Shown in pieces: positions 51,037 to 61,143 of a stretch of DNA of 64,000 nt. Position 1 is the stretch's first letter, and each line of letters begins with the position of its first letter. The notes beneath the pieces were generated by a model that worked only from the letters and a program-made list of their open reading frames with translations, made no database searches and was not told the origin of the DNA. This DNA is from an uncultured Thermoplasmata archaeon (GTDB lineage Archaea; Thermoplasmatota; Thermoplasmata; RBG-16-68-12): assembly GCA_963768855.1 (NCBI GenBank), contig CAVYJM010000006.1, positions 960,001 through 1,024,000 on the forward strand, in the 5' to 3' direction. Position numbers and translations under genes: made by a program.

Positions 51037-53610
51037 ATGACCGATTTCATCGAGACGTGTCGAGGCCAGAGGATGGGCGCGTTCGCGGACCGGATGTTCG
51101 CGCCCTCGGAAGCGCCGGAGCAGTGGGCACGCGAGCGGACGTTCCAGCTCCTGCACATGCGACTGGATATCACCGTCGACGACGACGCGAAGACCGTGAA
51201 GGGCACCGCGACGCACCGGCTCGCGGCGATCAACGACGGCCTGAAGGAGGTCGTCCTGGACCAGGATGCGCTGAACATCCGCGGGGTGAAGGACGAGGAC
51301 GGCAGGGCCCTCGAGTTCGAGCTCGTCGGGGAGCAACTGCGAATCTGGCTGCCCCGCGCGCGGAAGACCGGGGACGCCTTCGAGCTGCGCGTCCGCTACG
51401 AGTGCTCGCCAAAGAAGGGTCTCTTCTTCGTTTCGCCGGACAAGGCCTACCCGGACAAGCCGCGGATCGTCTGGACCCAGGGCGAGGAGATGGACAACCG
51501 CTCGTGGTACCCGTCCTACGACTATCCCAACCAGAAGTTCACGACGGAGATCGTGGTCACCGTCAAGGACAGGTACCGCGCCGTCGCGAACGGCCACTTG
51601 GTCTCCGAGAAGCACGACCCGAAGAAGCACACGCGGACGTTCCACTGGCTCCAGGACAAGCCCCATCCCAACTACCTTGTCGCCCTGGTCATCGGCGAGT
51701 GGGACAGCAAGGAGTGGGACGCGGACGGCGTCCCGGTGCAGGCGTACGTCCCCAAGGGCTACGGGAAGTACCTCGACCTCTGCTTCTCCCGCGTCCCGCA
51801 CATGGTGAAGTTCTTCGGCCGGGTGACGGGGCTGAAGTATCCGTGGGACAAGTACGCCCAGGCGTGCGTGCCCGACTTCACGTTCGGCGGGATGGAGAAC
51901 ACGTCCCTGACGATCCTCTACGAGTATTGCCTGACGGACGAACACGCCTACCCGGACTACTCCTCGGACTCGCTCCTGAGCCACGAGCTCGCGCACCAGT
52001 GGTTCGGCGACTGGCTCACGTGCAAGAGCTGGGGCCACCTCTGGCTCAACGAGTCCTTCGCGGATTACTTCGAGTGTCTGTGGTGGGAGGACTACTACGG
52101 GAAGGACGACTTCATCGCCCACCTCGAGGAGATCCGCGAGGGCTACTTCGAGGAGGCGGAGAAGGCGTACAAGCGGCCGATCGTCACGCACCGGTTCGTC
52201 GACGCGGAGGACATGCTCGACGGGCACACGTACAACAAGGGATGCGGCGTGCTCCACATGCTGCGCACCGTCCTCGGGGACGACCTCTGGTGGAAGGGGA
52301 TCCGCCACTACGTGAAGAAGCACGGCCTGCAGAACGTTGAGACCCCGGACTTCCGCGTCGCCCTCGAGGAAGCGACCGGGAAGAGCCTGTCGTGGTTCTT
52401 CGAGGAGTGGGCGCTCAAGGCCGGCCACCCGGAGTACGAGGTCACCTGGTCCTACGACGAGAAGGCGAGGCAGGTCGAGCTCAAGGTCAAGCAGACGCAC
52501 GAGGTCAAGGGCGACATCCCGCTCTTCTCCATGCCCGTGACGCTCGAGCTGGCGACGGACGACCGCGTGTGGCGGGAGACCCTGCAGGTCGAAAAGGCGG
52601 AGCACACGTTCCGCATCTCCTCCCCGAGGCGCCCGAGGATGGTCCTCTTCGATCCAGATGGGGCGCTGCTCAAGAAGCTCACGTTCAAGAAGGAAAAGGA
52701 CGAGCTGCTGTGGCAGGTCGCCCACGCCCAGGGCGTCTGGGCGCGGATGGAGGCGTGCGAGGGCCTCGGCCGCTTCGTCGGCGACGCGGAGGCAACCGCG
52801 GCGCTCGAGAAGACGCTGACGAAGGACAAGTTCTGGAGCGTGCGGCGCGCGGCAGCGTACGGCCTCGGCGAGATCGGCACGACGTCCGCGCGGGACATCC
52901 TGCTCGGCGCCCTGAAGGGGCAGGACAGCCGCGTCCGGCGCGGGGTCTACCGCGCCCTCGGCAAGTTCCGCAAGGATGACGTCGCGTTCAAGGCACTCGC
53001 GAAAGCGTACATGGAGGACGGCATCTACGCGGCGATGGGCACCGCCGCCCTCGCGATGGCGGACACCCGCCACGACGGCGCCTTCGATGCGATCGTGAAG
53101 GGGATGGACCGCCCCTCCCAGGCGCAGATCATCTCCCGCAACGCGGCGATGGCGCTCGCCAACCTCCGGTCGGAGAAGGGCATCGAGATCCTGGTGCAGC
53201 GCACCGCATACGGTCTACCAGAGCTCCGTCGATCCGGTGCGGCGATCGCCTTGGGGAAGCTCGGGTACTTCCATGAGAAGCGCCACGACGAGGTGCTCGA
53301 TGAGCTGGCGGCCCTCGTCAAGGATTCCAACTACCGGACGAAGCTCGGAGCCGTCGACGGCATGGCGGAGCTGGGATACAAGAAGGCCATCCAGGAACTC
53401 GAGAAGGTGGAGGACACGTCCGTCCTGGGCAACCTCCGCCGGAACGCGCGCCGCGCAGTCGGCGAGATCCGGGAGAAGCACGCAGAGAGCGCGAAGCGGC
53501 TCGAGCAGCAGGGCGAGCTCGACAAGCTGAAGGACGAGAACAAGGAGCTCAGGACCCGGGTGGCGACGGTCGAAGCGAAGCTCGATGCGCTGGTGAAGCG
53601 GAAGCGGTAG
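51037..53610 (+). CDS. M1-family aminopeptidase with HEAT repeats and C-terminal coiled coil
   Basis: GGMEN; HELAH-x18-E; YNKG; HEAT repeats 'VRRAAAYGLG'; C-terminal heptads. Confidence 0.92.
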   Translation: MTDFIETCRGQRMGAFADRMFAPSEAPEQWARERTFQLLHMRLDITVDDDAKTVKGTATHRLAAINDGLKEVVLDQDALNIRGVKDEDGRALEFELVGEQLRIWLPRARKTGDAFELRVRYECSPKKGLFFVSPDKAYPDKPRIVWTQGEEMDNRSWYPSYDYPNQKFTTEIVVTVKDRYRAVANGHLVSEKHDPKKHTRTFHWLQDKPHPNYLVALVIGEWDSKEWDADGVPVQAYVPKGYGKYLDLCFSRVPHMVKFFGRVTGLKYPWDKYAQACVPDFTFGGMENTSLTILYEYCLTDEHAYPDYSSDSLLSHELAHQWFGDWLTCKSWGHLWLNESFADYFECLWWEDYYGKDDFIAHLEEIREGYFEEAEKAYKRPIVTHRFVDAEDMLDGHTYNKGCGVLHMLRTVLGDDLWWKGIRHYVKKHGLQNVETPDFRVALEEATGKSLSWFFEEWALKAGHPEYEVTWSYDEKARQVELKVKQTHEVKGDIPLFSMPVTLELATDDRVWRETLQVEKAEHTFRISSPRRPRMVLFDPDGALLKKLTFKKEKDELLWQVAHAQGVWARMEACEGLGRFVGDAEATAALEKTLTKDKFWSVRRAAAYGLGEIGTTSARDILLGALKGQDSRVRRGVYRALGKFRKDDVAFKALAKAYMEDGIYAAMGTAALAMADTRHDGAFDAIVKGMDRPSQAQIISRNAAMALANLRSEKGIEILVQRTAYGLPELRRSGAAIALGKLGYFHEKRHDEVLDELAALVKDSNYRTKLGAVDGMAELGYKKAIQELEKVEDTSVLGNLRRNARRAVGEIREKHAESAKRLEQQGELDKLKDENKELRTRVATVEAKLDALVKRKR

Positions 53611-53720
53611 GCCCATCTCGTGGGGCGGGCCGGCCTCGGGCGAATGCGCAAGGGTCATGCCGCCCCGCGGAATCCGGGCCCTCGGCGCTTGCTGCTGGCC
53701 CTGGGAGACGCGGCGGCGAG

Positions 53721-53978
53721 ATGCCAATTGGTGCCGTGATGCTCTCGCTCTCGCCGGATCCGCGCTCCGCCGCGCCCACACGTGAGGGGGCGTCTCCGCT
53801 GCCGGAGTCCGTCCCCACGGAGGAGGCCGCCGCCTCGGACCGGGAGGTCGAGGAGAACGGGACGCCTTACGCGGTCCCGCCGATTGAGAAGGGGTGGGGG
53901 CTCAAGCTCGCGGTCCTCCTCGTGGTCGCGGTGCTCTGCATCGCGTTCGCGGGCCTGGTCTGGGCCCTGATCATCTGA
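53721..53978 (+). CDS. Small protein with C-terminal TM anchor
   Basis: Acidic/Pro-rich N-terminus, then a 22-aa hydrophobic tail. Confidence 0.55.
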   Translation: MPIGAVMLSLSPDPRSAAPTREGASPLPESVPTEEAAASDREVEENGTPYAVPPIEKGWGLKLAVLLVVAVLCIAFAGLVWALII

Positions 53979-54062
53979 GCGGGGGCTTCGCGCGGACCGG
54001 GCGCGGTTCGCCCGACTCCCGCGAAACCTTTTTCCTGCTCGGAAGGTTCGAGGGCGTCGAAC

Positions 54063-54563
54063 ATGGACGACGTCCGCGTCAACCGGAAGGTGAAACCGGG
54101 TCTCTACCCGATCCTGGACGTGTTCCCCGGGCTGGACCGATCCAAGGCCTTCCAGGTGCTGTTCTCGGACGGCCTGCGGGCGAGAATCCTCCGGGAGTGC
54201 AAGATCGACGTGGTCGCGGAGGACACGTACATGTACATCGATGACGGACCCGGCAACGTGTGCGCCGGCCTGTCGTACCTGCGGACCGGGGACGAGCGCA
54301 TCCTGTACCTGGACATCCTCCACGAGCTCACCCACGTCCGCCAGTGGCACGCGGGGAGGGAGCTGTGGGACCGCCGCTACAGCTACGTCGACCGCCCGAC
54401 CGAGATCGAGGCCTACGAGGTCGCGGTCTTGGAGGCCCGCCGCCTCGGGATGACGGACGGCGAGATCGCGGACTACCTTCGCGTGGAGTGGACGAGCCAC
54501 GAGGAGCACGAGCGCCTCTGCAAGCGGCTGGGCGTCCGGGTCCCCGAGTCGCGCGCCTACTAG
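54063..54563 (+). CDS. Small zincin-like metalloprotease (HExxH)
   Basis: ILHELTHVRQW...PTEIEAY. Confidence 0.75.
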   Translation: MDDVRVNRKVKPGLYPILDVFPGLDRSKAFQVLFSDGLRARILRECKIDVVAEDTYMYIDDGPGNVCAGLSYLRTGDERILYLDILHELTHVRQWHAGRELWDRRYSYVDRPTEIEAYEVAVLEARRLGMTDGEIADYLRVEWTSHEEHERLCKRLGVRVPESRAY

Positions 54564-54605
54564 CGGGCAAAGGTCTCAAATCGTCGACGGCCATTCGCCG
54601 CACGG

Positions 54606-54941
54606 ATGGCCCAGATCGCCGTGGACGATTTCCAGAAGGTCGAGATGCGGATCGGGCGAATCGTGGACGTGACGGACTTCCCCGAGGCCCGCAAGCCCTC
54701 GTACCGCTTGACGATCGACTTCGGCCCCCTGGGGACGAAGCGGTCCTCGGCGGCCGTGCAGCCCTGGTACTCCAAGGAGGAACTCCTCGGGCGAGCGGTC
54801 GTGGCGGTTACGAACTTCCCACCCCGCCAGGTCGGCCCCTTCCTGTCGGAGGTCCTGTGCCTCGGGGCCGTGGAATCGGATGGCCGCGTGATCCTCCTCC
54901 GCCCGGATCAGGAGGGAGAGCTTGGCGCTCGGATCGCCTGA
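54606..54941 (+). CDS. csaA: tRNA-binding protein / CsaA-like OB-fold
   Basis: DFQKVEMRIGRIV...ARKPSY.LTIDFGPLG.K.SSA; NFPPRQVGPF.SEVL.LG. Confidence 0.88.
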   Translation: MAQIAVDDFQKVEMRIGRIVDVTDFPEARKPSYRLTIDFGPLGTKRSSAAVQPWYSKEELLGRAVVAVTNFPPRQVGPFLSEVLCLGAVESDGRVILLRPDQEGELGARIA

Positions 54942-54960
54942 CCGCGGCAAGGAGTTCCTC

Positions 54961-55416
54961 GTGAGGAGCTGTGCGATCCTCATCCATTCCGATCGCGTCC
55001 TTATGCAGGAGGCGGGCGACGGTCGCGGCGGACAGCAGTACGCCCTCCCGGGAGGCCACCTGGAGTTCGGCGAGACGCTCGCGCTCTGCATGTCCCGCGA
55101 GCTCTACGAGGAAACGGGGCTGAACGTCGAGGCGGACAAGCTCGTCTACGTCCACGAGAACTTCTACACGCTCAAGGGGATCGAGACCCACGAGATCGGA
55201 TTCTACTTCCTCGTGGACCTCTCCTCGGAGTTCCCGACGCCCGATTCGCAAGGCTACATCCCGTCCCGCGAGTCGCACATCCGGATGCGGCTCCTACCGC
55301 TCGCGAAGCTCCGGGAGTTCGCGGTCGTGCCGCCGTTCCTGCTCGACTGTCTCCCGCAGGACGCGCGGGAGTTGTTCGTACAGCCGACCCGCCATCTCAT
55401 CGAGCAGAGGGCGTGA
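54961..55416 (+). CDS. NUDIX hydrolase
   Basis: Nudix box PGGHLEFGETLALCMSRELYEETG. Confidence 0.9.
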   Translation: MRSCAILIHSDRVLMQEAGDGRGGQQYALPGGHLEFGETLALCMSRELYEETGLNVEADKLVYVHENFYTLKGIETHEIGFYFLVDLSSEFPTPDSQGYIPSRESHIRMRLLPLAKLREFAVVPPFLLDCLPQDARELFVQPTRHLIEQRA

Positions 55417-55850
55417 GTTTGACCATCCGAATCCGCCGCTTGCGGCTCGCGGACTACTCCGCGATCATCGAGGTGCTCGAGGTCTGTGGGCTCCACCCCC
55501 GGGTGCGTGGTCGCGACAGCCGTCGGAACCTCGCGAAGCAGCTCCGGTCGCGGCAGACGTGCTATCTGGGCGCCTTCGACGGGCCGCGGCTCATCGGGAC
55601 GGTCTTCGGGACCCACGACACGCGGAAGGGCTGGATCAACCGCCTCGCGGTCCTCCCGGAATATCAGCACCGCGGGATCGCGTTGAAGCTCGTGCGCGCG
55701 TGCGAACGCGGGCTTCGGAAGCACGGGCTGGAGATGTTCGCGGCGCTCATCGACCAGGAGAACGCCGCCTCGCGGAGCCTGTTTTCCAAGCTCGGGTACA
55801 CGAGCTCGGACATCCTGTACTACCGCGCGAAGGATCACGAGGACGTCTAG
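55413..55850 (+). CDS. GNAT acetyltransferase (YpeA-like)
   Basis: HDTRKGWINRLAVLPEYQHRGIA; N.ASRSLFSKLGY. Confidence 0.85.
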   Translation: MSLTIRIRRLRLADYSAIIEVLEVCGLHPRVRGRDSRRNLAKQLRSRQTCYLGAFDGPRLIGTVFGTHDTRKGWINRLAVLPEYQHRGIALKLVRACERGLRKHGLEMFAALIDQENAASRSLFSKLGYTSSDILYYRAKDHEDV

Positions 55851-57034
55851 GAGATCACGGCGAGTTCCTTCCCGATCTTCTCGTACGCGGCGAGGGCGAA
55901 GTCGAGGTCCTTGCGCTTGAGGCCCGCGTTCACGATGTTGCGGATCCGGGCCTTGTCCTTGGCCACCATCGGGAACACGATCGGAAGGGCGAAGACCCCT
56001 TCCTCGTACAGGCGGTCGGAGAACTTCTTGGCCACGGACGACTCGCCCAGCATGACCGGGGTGATGGGAGTCTCGCTGTTCCCGATGTCGAACCCGAGCG
56101 AGACGAGGTGTTTCTTGAAATACTTCGTGTTCCTCCACAGGCGCTCGACCCACTTGGGCTCGGTCTCGAGCACGTCGATCGCGGCGATGCACGAGGCGAT
56201 CGTGGCGGGCGGGTGCGAGGCGCTGAGGAGCCAGGTGCGCGACTTGTTGAGGGCGAAGAGCCGGAGGTCGTTCGAGCCCGCGGCGTATCCGCCGACCACG
56301 CCAAGGGCTTTCGAGAACGTGCCCATCTCGATGTGGACCTTGTCCTCGACATGGAAGTGGTTCGCCGCGCCGCGGCCCCCCTCGCCGAGGACGCCCTCCC
56401 CATGGCTGTCGTCGATGTAGACCATCGCGCCGTACGGTTCCGCGGCCTTCGCGATCTGGTCGACCGGAGCGATGTCCCCATCCATGGAGAACACGCCGTC
56501 CGAGATGACGAGGATCCGCCGGGAGGCCCGGTCCGACTCGCGGAGGCAGTTCTCGAGCTCGGCCATGTCGCGGTGCTTGTAGATGAGCCGCTGCGCCTTC
56601 GTGAGCCGGCATCCGTCGATGATGCTCCCGTGGTTCAGCTCGTCCGTGATGATCGTGTCGCCCTCGCCGACGAGCTGGGGAATGAGACCCGCGTTCGTGG
56701 CGAAGCCGCTCATGTAGAACAGGGACGCGTCGCGGTGTTTGAACCGGGCGATTCGCCGCTCGAGCTCCTCGTGGAGGTCCATGGTCCCCGCGATGGGCCG
56801 CACGCTCCCGCTCCCCGCGCCGTACTCGCGGACGGCCTGGATCGCCGCGCGCTTCAGCTTCGGGTGGTTGGAGAGGTTCAGGTAGTTGTTCGAGCAGAGC
56901 ATGATGACGTCCTTGCCGCCGACGTTGCTGTGCGGGGCGGAAGGCCCTTTCAGGGTCCGAATCTTCCAGTCAAGGGACTGGGCCGCAAGCGCGTCGTACT
57001 CCTGCCGCAGGAATCCCGTGGGATCGCGTTGCAT
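55847..57034 (-). CDS. kbl: 2-amino-3-ketobutyrate CoA ligase (glycine C-acetyltransferase)
   Basis: CSNNYLNL; DELNHGSIIDG; DGVFSMDGD; GTFSKALG (PLP Lys). Directly downstream of tdh. Confidence 0.88.
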   Translation of the reverse strand: MQRDPTGFLRQEYDALAAQSLDWKIRTLKGPSAPHSNVGGKDVIMLCSNNYLNLSNHPKLKRAAIQAVREYGAGSGSVRPIAGTMDLHEELERRIARFKHRDASLFYMSGFATNAGLIPQLVGEGDTIITDELNHGSIIDGCRLTKAQRLIYKHRDMAELENCLRESDRASRRILVISDGVFSMDGDIAPVDQIAKAAEPYGAMVYIDDSHGEGVLGEGGRGAANHFHVEDKVHIEMGTFSKALGVVGGYAAGSNDLRLFALNKSRTWLLSASHPPATIASCIAAIDVLETEPKWVERLWRNTKYFKKHLVSLGFDIGNSETPITPVMLGESSVAKKFSDRLYEEGVFALPIVFPMVAKDKARIRNIVNAGLKRKDLDFALAAYEKIGKELAVIS

Positions 57035-57036
57035 CC

Positions 57037-58086
57037 TCACGCCTCCACTTCGAAGACGACCTTGCCACATTGCCTCGAGCGGACGACTTCGAGGGCGTTC
57101 TCGTACTCGTCCAGCGGGAAGCGGTGCGTGACGAGCGGCTTCAGGTCCACGTGCCCGGACCTCAGGATCCCGCCCATCTGGTACCAGGTCTGGAACATCC
57201 GCCGCCCCGTGATCCCGTACAGGGTCACGCCGCGCATGATCACGTCGTCACTGAGGTTCAGCGTCACGTGGTTCGAGTACAGCCCGAGAAGGTGGATGCC
57301 GCCTCCCGGGCGGACGACCTTGAGCGCCTGCTCGAGCGCGGGCGGGGCTCCGCTGAACTCGAGGACGTCGTGCACGCCGTCGCCAGCCGTGAGTTCAAGG
57401 ATTCGATCGACGGTCTTCGCGTCGGACTCGAGGACCACGTCGGCCCCGAGCCGCTTCGCGAGCTTCTTGCGGTACTCGTTCTTGTATTCGACCGCGATGA
57501 CCTGCGCGGGCGAGAGGGCCTTGGCGAGCGCGACCGCCATCAGGCCGATCGGACCCATCCCGAAGATCGCGATCGACTTGCCGGGCACATTCGCGTTCAT
57601 GACGACCTGGGTCGCGTTCCCCAGGGGATCTTGGACCGTCGCAACCTCGAGGGGGAGCTCGGGGTCGTTCTTCACGAGGTTCGACGCGGGAACCGCCACG
57701 TACTCCGCGAAGGCGCCATCCCGGTCGATGCCCATGATCCGCAGGTAACGGCACACGTGGGCCTGTCCGGTGCGGCACTCGTAGCACTGGCCGCAGGCGA
57801 TGTGGCCCTCGAAGCTGACGGGGTCGCCCGGAGCCACGGAGGTCACCTCGTCGCCGACCCGCTCGACCTCACCGGCCATCTCGTGCCCCTGGATGAGCGG
57901 CGGATGGATGCGGTGCTGGGACCAATCGTCCCAGTCGAAGATGTGGAGGTCCGTCCCGCAGATCGATGCGATCTTCACGCGGACGAGGGCCTCCGTGCGT
58001 CCGAACTTCGGCCGCGCCACGCGCTTGACCTCCGTCGCGCCCGGAGCCGCCCGAGCCTTCACCGCTGCCTTCATCGTGTCGGCCAT
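57037..58086 (-). CDS. tdh: L-threonine 3-dehydrogenase
   Basis: ICGTDLHI..WDDW; GHEMAG; CGQCYECRTGQAHVC; GITGRRMFQTWY; CGKVV. Confidence 0.92.
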   Translation of the reverse strand: MADTMKAAVKARAAPGATEVKRVARPKFGRTEALVRVKIASICGTDLHIFDWDDWSQHRIHPPLIQGHEMAGEVERVGDEVTSVAPGDPVSFEGHIACGQCYECRTGQAHVCRYLRIMGIDRDGAFAEYVAVPASNLVKNDPELPLEVATVQDPLGNATQVVMNANVPGKSIAIFGMGPIGLMAVALAKALSPAQVIAVEYKNEYRKKLAKRLGADVVLESDAKTVDRILELTAGDGVHDVLEFSGAPPALEQALKVVRPGGGIHLLGLYSNHVTLNLSDDVIMRGVTLYGITGRRMFQTWYQMGGILRSGHVDLKPLVTHRFPLDEYENALEVVRSRQCGKVVFEVEA

Positions 58087-58132
58087 CGCAACCCCTCGGA
58101 GCCCCGCACCCCCGACGCGAAGAACGACTATT

Positions 58133-59272
58133 TCAATCCTTTATCGGGTGCAGTCTCGTCGTCCGGTACCCGATGAGCACGAACAGGTACTCCTTCCTGC
58201 GGATCTCCGCGTCGAGTGACTCGTCCCCCGTGTCCACGCGTAGCACGGGCGTGGCGGCCAGCTTCGCGGGCGTCGCGACCACGAGGAGGTTCCGCGAGCC
58301 GATCCCGCGGACGACCGCGGGGCTCACCTGCAGGTTCCCGCGGCCTAGGACGAATCCCTGGGCGCCGATCGGGCTGACCACGAGCTTGGCCTTCGGATAG
58401 CGGTTCAGCAGCCCGAGGATGCCCTTCTCGTCGAGGTCCTTCGCGACGACCTTGCCGCCCACCGCGGCGTCGATGCCGAGGAGCGTCTTCTCCATCTTCA
58501 GGCGGGCCGCGATGGACTCGATCGTGGATCCCGGCCCCAGGAGGAACAAGGTGTTCGGCTCCTCCTCGAACAGATCCCGGAAGTGCTCCGCGAGCTCGAG
58601 ACGGACGGACTCCTCGCTCATCTCCGCGAACATCATCTTGTCCGCCTGGACCAGGTTGGGTTCGACGAGGGTGCGGGCCGCGGCGTACATCCGGACCCGC
58701 CATTCTCCCGCCCGGTACGCCTCCTCATCGAGGTCCAGGATCTCGGAGTCTCCGACCCGGAGCTGGCCTCGAAGGAACGCCGCGAGGGCCTCCGCCGCGG
58801 CGCGCGGGTCCATGGCGAAGACCCCGGAGTGCATCTTCACGCCCGAGGGGATGCCGAGGATCGGAAGCGTCGCCTTCACGGCTTCCGCGACATCCCGCGC
58901 GGTGCCGTCTCCCCCGCAAAACACGATGAGCTCCGCGTGGGCGGCCGCGCACCCCGCCGCAGCGCCCCGGGTGTCCTCCGCGGTGGTCGGCGACGCCGGA
59001 GTATGGACGAACTCGATCTCGGCCGGTGCGATCTCAGCCGCCTCGAGGAGGGCTCCGCCCATCTCCCCCGGGCACGTGAGCCAGTGCACATCGAGCTCCG
59101 GGTCCTTGCGCTGCATCTTCCCGAAAGCGGAGAGGAAGAGGGCGGCGCGGCCCGCGGCCACGGGCTCCGCGCCGGCCAGGCGGGCCTGGTCCACCACATG
59201 GTCCGTTCCCTTCAGTCCGACGCGGCCGCCCATGCCCGCGATGGGATTCACGACGAAGCCGATGCGGCTCAC
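58133..59272 (-). CDS. ATP-NAD kinase-like family protein
   Basis: GFVVNPIAGMGGRVGLKGTD; GGDGTARD; PSGVKMHSGVFA; IGAQGFVLGRGNLQ. Confidence 0.8.
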   Translation of the reverse strand: MSRIGFVVNPIAGMGGRVGLKGTDHVVDQARLAGAEPVAAGRAALFLSAFGKMQRKDPELDVHWLTCPGEMGGALLEAAEIAPAEIEFVHTPASPTTAEDTRGAAAGCAAAHAELIVFCGGDGTARDVAEAVKATLPILGIPSGVKMHSGVFAMDPRAAAEALAAFLRGQLRVGDSEILDLDEEAYRAGEWRVRMYAAARTLVEPNLVQADKMMFAEMSEESVRLELAEHFRDLFEEEPNTLFLLGPGSTIESIAARLKMEKTLLGIDAAVGGKVVAKDLDEKGILGLLNRYPKAKLVVSPIGAQGFVLGRGNLQVSPAVVRGIGSRNLLVVATPAKLAATPVLRVDTGDESLDAEIRRKEYLFVLIGYRTTRLHPIKD

Positions 59273-60348
59273 GGTCGGGGGAGAGGTCCCGCGCTATTTG
59301 CGTCTTCCGCGGGCCGCCTCCGGGTGCGCCGCCATGCGCGGGCGAGTTCCTTCGGGGGCGCGACGGCGCGGAGGTGGACGAGGTATCCGAAAGCCGCAAT
59401 CGGGAGCAGCGGCCACAAGGCGGGGGCCAAGACCACGGCGACGGAGAGGCCTGCGGCGATCCCGAGCTGGATGATCCGGAGCTCGTTGCGGGTGATCGAG
59501 GCGAGACTGCGAAGGTCGGTGCGGGAATGGACGACGACCGCCACGAGCGTGAAACCGGCCCCGAGCAGGAACGCGGGGCTCACCGAAACCGCGAGGACCG
59601 CATAGATCGCCGCGGCGCCGGATGCGAGCCCCGTGGCGTACCACTGGGACCCGGCGGGGCCGAGCACGACGACGGTCGTCCGTTTCGGCGGGTTCGCTTG
59701 CGCGTCCGCGGGAGCGTCCTGGTAGTGATGCATCACCAGCATCGCGGTGCACACGAGGGCGTGGGCGGAGAGCGCGGCGACCGCCGTCCAGGAGAGAGTG
59801 AGCGCCTGGATCCCGTACGCCCCGAGACCCGCGAGGAGGACGCCGGGGAATCCACCGAGCCATTCGCCGAGGAGCGGCCGGTAGGCGGTGGCCACGGGCG
59901 GCGCGGTGTACGCGACGCCCAGGACGTACCCGGTTCCGATCAAGATCAGGAGCCAGGCTGCTCGGGCGAGCGCCACGTAGGCGGCAAGGATGCCGACCGC
60001 AATCGACGAGACCGCGAGGATGACCCAGAGGTCGCGCTCCCCGAGGAGCCCCAGGTTCCGTACCTTGCTTCCGCCGGACAGGGCTCTCGGCCGCCCGTCG
60101 CGGTCCGTGCCGCTCCGCCAGTCGAAGATCTCGTTGACCGCGTGGGTCACCCATCCCTGGGCGAGCCCGGCGAGGACCATCGCCACCAAGAGGAGCCACG
60201 GGTCGAACGTGCCTCGCTCGGAAATGGCCAGCGCCGTGCCGAGGGCGACCGAGGTGAAGGACCAGAGGAGCACGGGAATCAGCCGGAACTCGAGGAACCA
60301 GCCGAGCAACCGCGCGCTCAATGAACGGAACTGTGCGTTTTCGGACAA
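59269..60348 (-). CDS. UbiA-family prenyltransferase (MenA-like)
   Basis: NEIFDWRSGTD and HHYQDAPAD...KRT Asp-rich motifs; multi-TM. Confidence 0.8.
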   Translation of the reverse strand: MSENAQFRSLSARLLGWFLEFRLIPVLLWSFTSVALGTALAISERGTFDPWLLLVAMVLAGLAQGWVTHAVNEIFDWRSGTDRDGRPRALSGGSKVRNLGLLGERDLWVILAVSSIAVGILAAYVALARAAWLLILIGTGYVLGVAYTAPPVATAYRPLLGEWLGGFPGVLLAGLGAYGIQALTLSWTAVAALSAHALVCTAMLVMHHYQDAPADAQANPPKRTTVVVLGPAGSQWYATGLASGAAAIYAVLAVSVSPAFLLGAGFTLVAVVVHSRTDLRSLASITRNELRIIQLGIAAGLSVAVVLAPALWPLLPIAAFGYLVHLRAVAPPKELARAWRRTRRRPAEDANSAGPLPRP

Positions 60349-60400
60349 CCGAATGACTATTGCGATAGTAATATTAGAGACTTATGTGTTGAGGGTGCCG

Positions 60401-60784
60401 ATGATTGCGCCGCAGGGACAGGTCACCGTGCGAGCTTGGGGCGGGTCGGTCCTCGACAAGCGACTGTGGTATCTCCTCGCCGGGACGCGGGGCGGACTCA
60501 ACCGCGGCCGGATCCTCCAGATCCTGCGGGAGCGGCCGCTCAACGCCAACGACCTCTCTGGGAGGCTCAACCTGGACTACAAGACCGTCCGGCACCACCT
60601 CGACGTGCTCCGGGAGAACGACTGCGTCATGACCCTGGGCAACGAGGGCTACGGGCTCCTCTACACGCTCTCGCCTCGCCTCCAGAGCCATTTCGAGGAC
60701 TTCGAGGAAATCTGGCGCCGCCTCGAGGCGCAGGCCGACTTAGGCAAAGAGCGAAATAGACTGGGGTCCATCGAATCGGCCTAG
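60401..60784 (+). CDS. ArsR-like winged-helix regulator
   Basis: LWYLLAGTRGG.NR.RIL..L.ERPLNANDLS..LNLDYKTVRHHLDVL. Start uncertain. Confidence 0.85.
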   Translation: MIAPQGQVTVRAWGGSVLDKRLWYLLAGTRGGLNRGRILQILRERPLNANDLSGRLNLDYKTVRHHLDVLRENDCVMTLGNEGYGLLYTLSPRLQSHFEDFEEIWRRLEAQADLGKERNRLGSIESA

Positions 60785-60812
60785 GGATATCCTGGCACTC
60801 GGTTTTTTCTGG

Positions 60813-61085
60813 ATGCTGAGCATGGGCGCCGCCGCAATCAGCTCGGCGTTCCTCGTGGCCCTCCTCTTCGTCTACGTCAAGAACCACCGGCAGCTGCGCG
60901 CGCCATTCACGTTCGGCCTCGTCTTCTTCGCACTGCTCCTGCTGATTCAGAACCTCGGCTCGATCTACTTCGACTACATGATGTCCCAGGCCGGGATCGG
61001 CAGCGGCATCGCGATCCCGATGGCGGCCCTGGAGTTCGTCGAGCTCGTCGGGTTCGCGGCGTTGTTCGTGGTCACCTGGCACTGA
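60813..61085 (+). CDS. Small three-TM membrane protein co-oriented with the ArsR-like gene
   Basis: 'YVKNHRQLRAPFTFGLVFFALLLLIQN' and hydrophobic profile. Confidence 0.75.
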   Translation: MLSMGAAAISSAFLVALLFVYVKNHRQLRAPFTFGLVFFALLLLIQNLGSIYFDYMMSQAGIGSGIAIPMAALEFVELVGFAALFVVTWH

Positions 61086-61143
61086 GGCCTGCGAGCGACG
61101 CGGTAATAAAGGTCCGTTGCTTAGCGGGGCGCGAGGCAGCATC

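Noticed and set aside
50989-53073. 694-aa - strand ORF, and similar long ORFs at 47320-49194 and 55559-57748
   Set aside because: Shadows of the M1 aminopeptidase, tfb/GATase and kbl/tdh genes.
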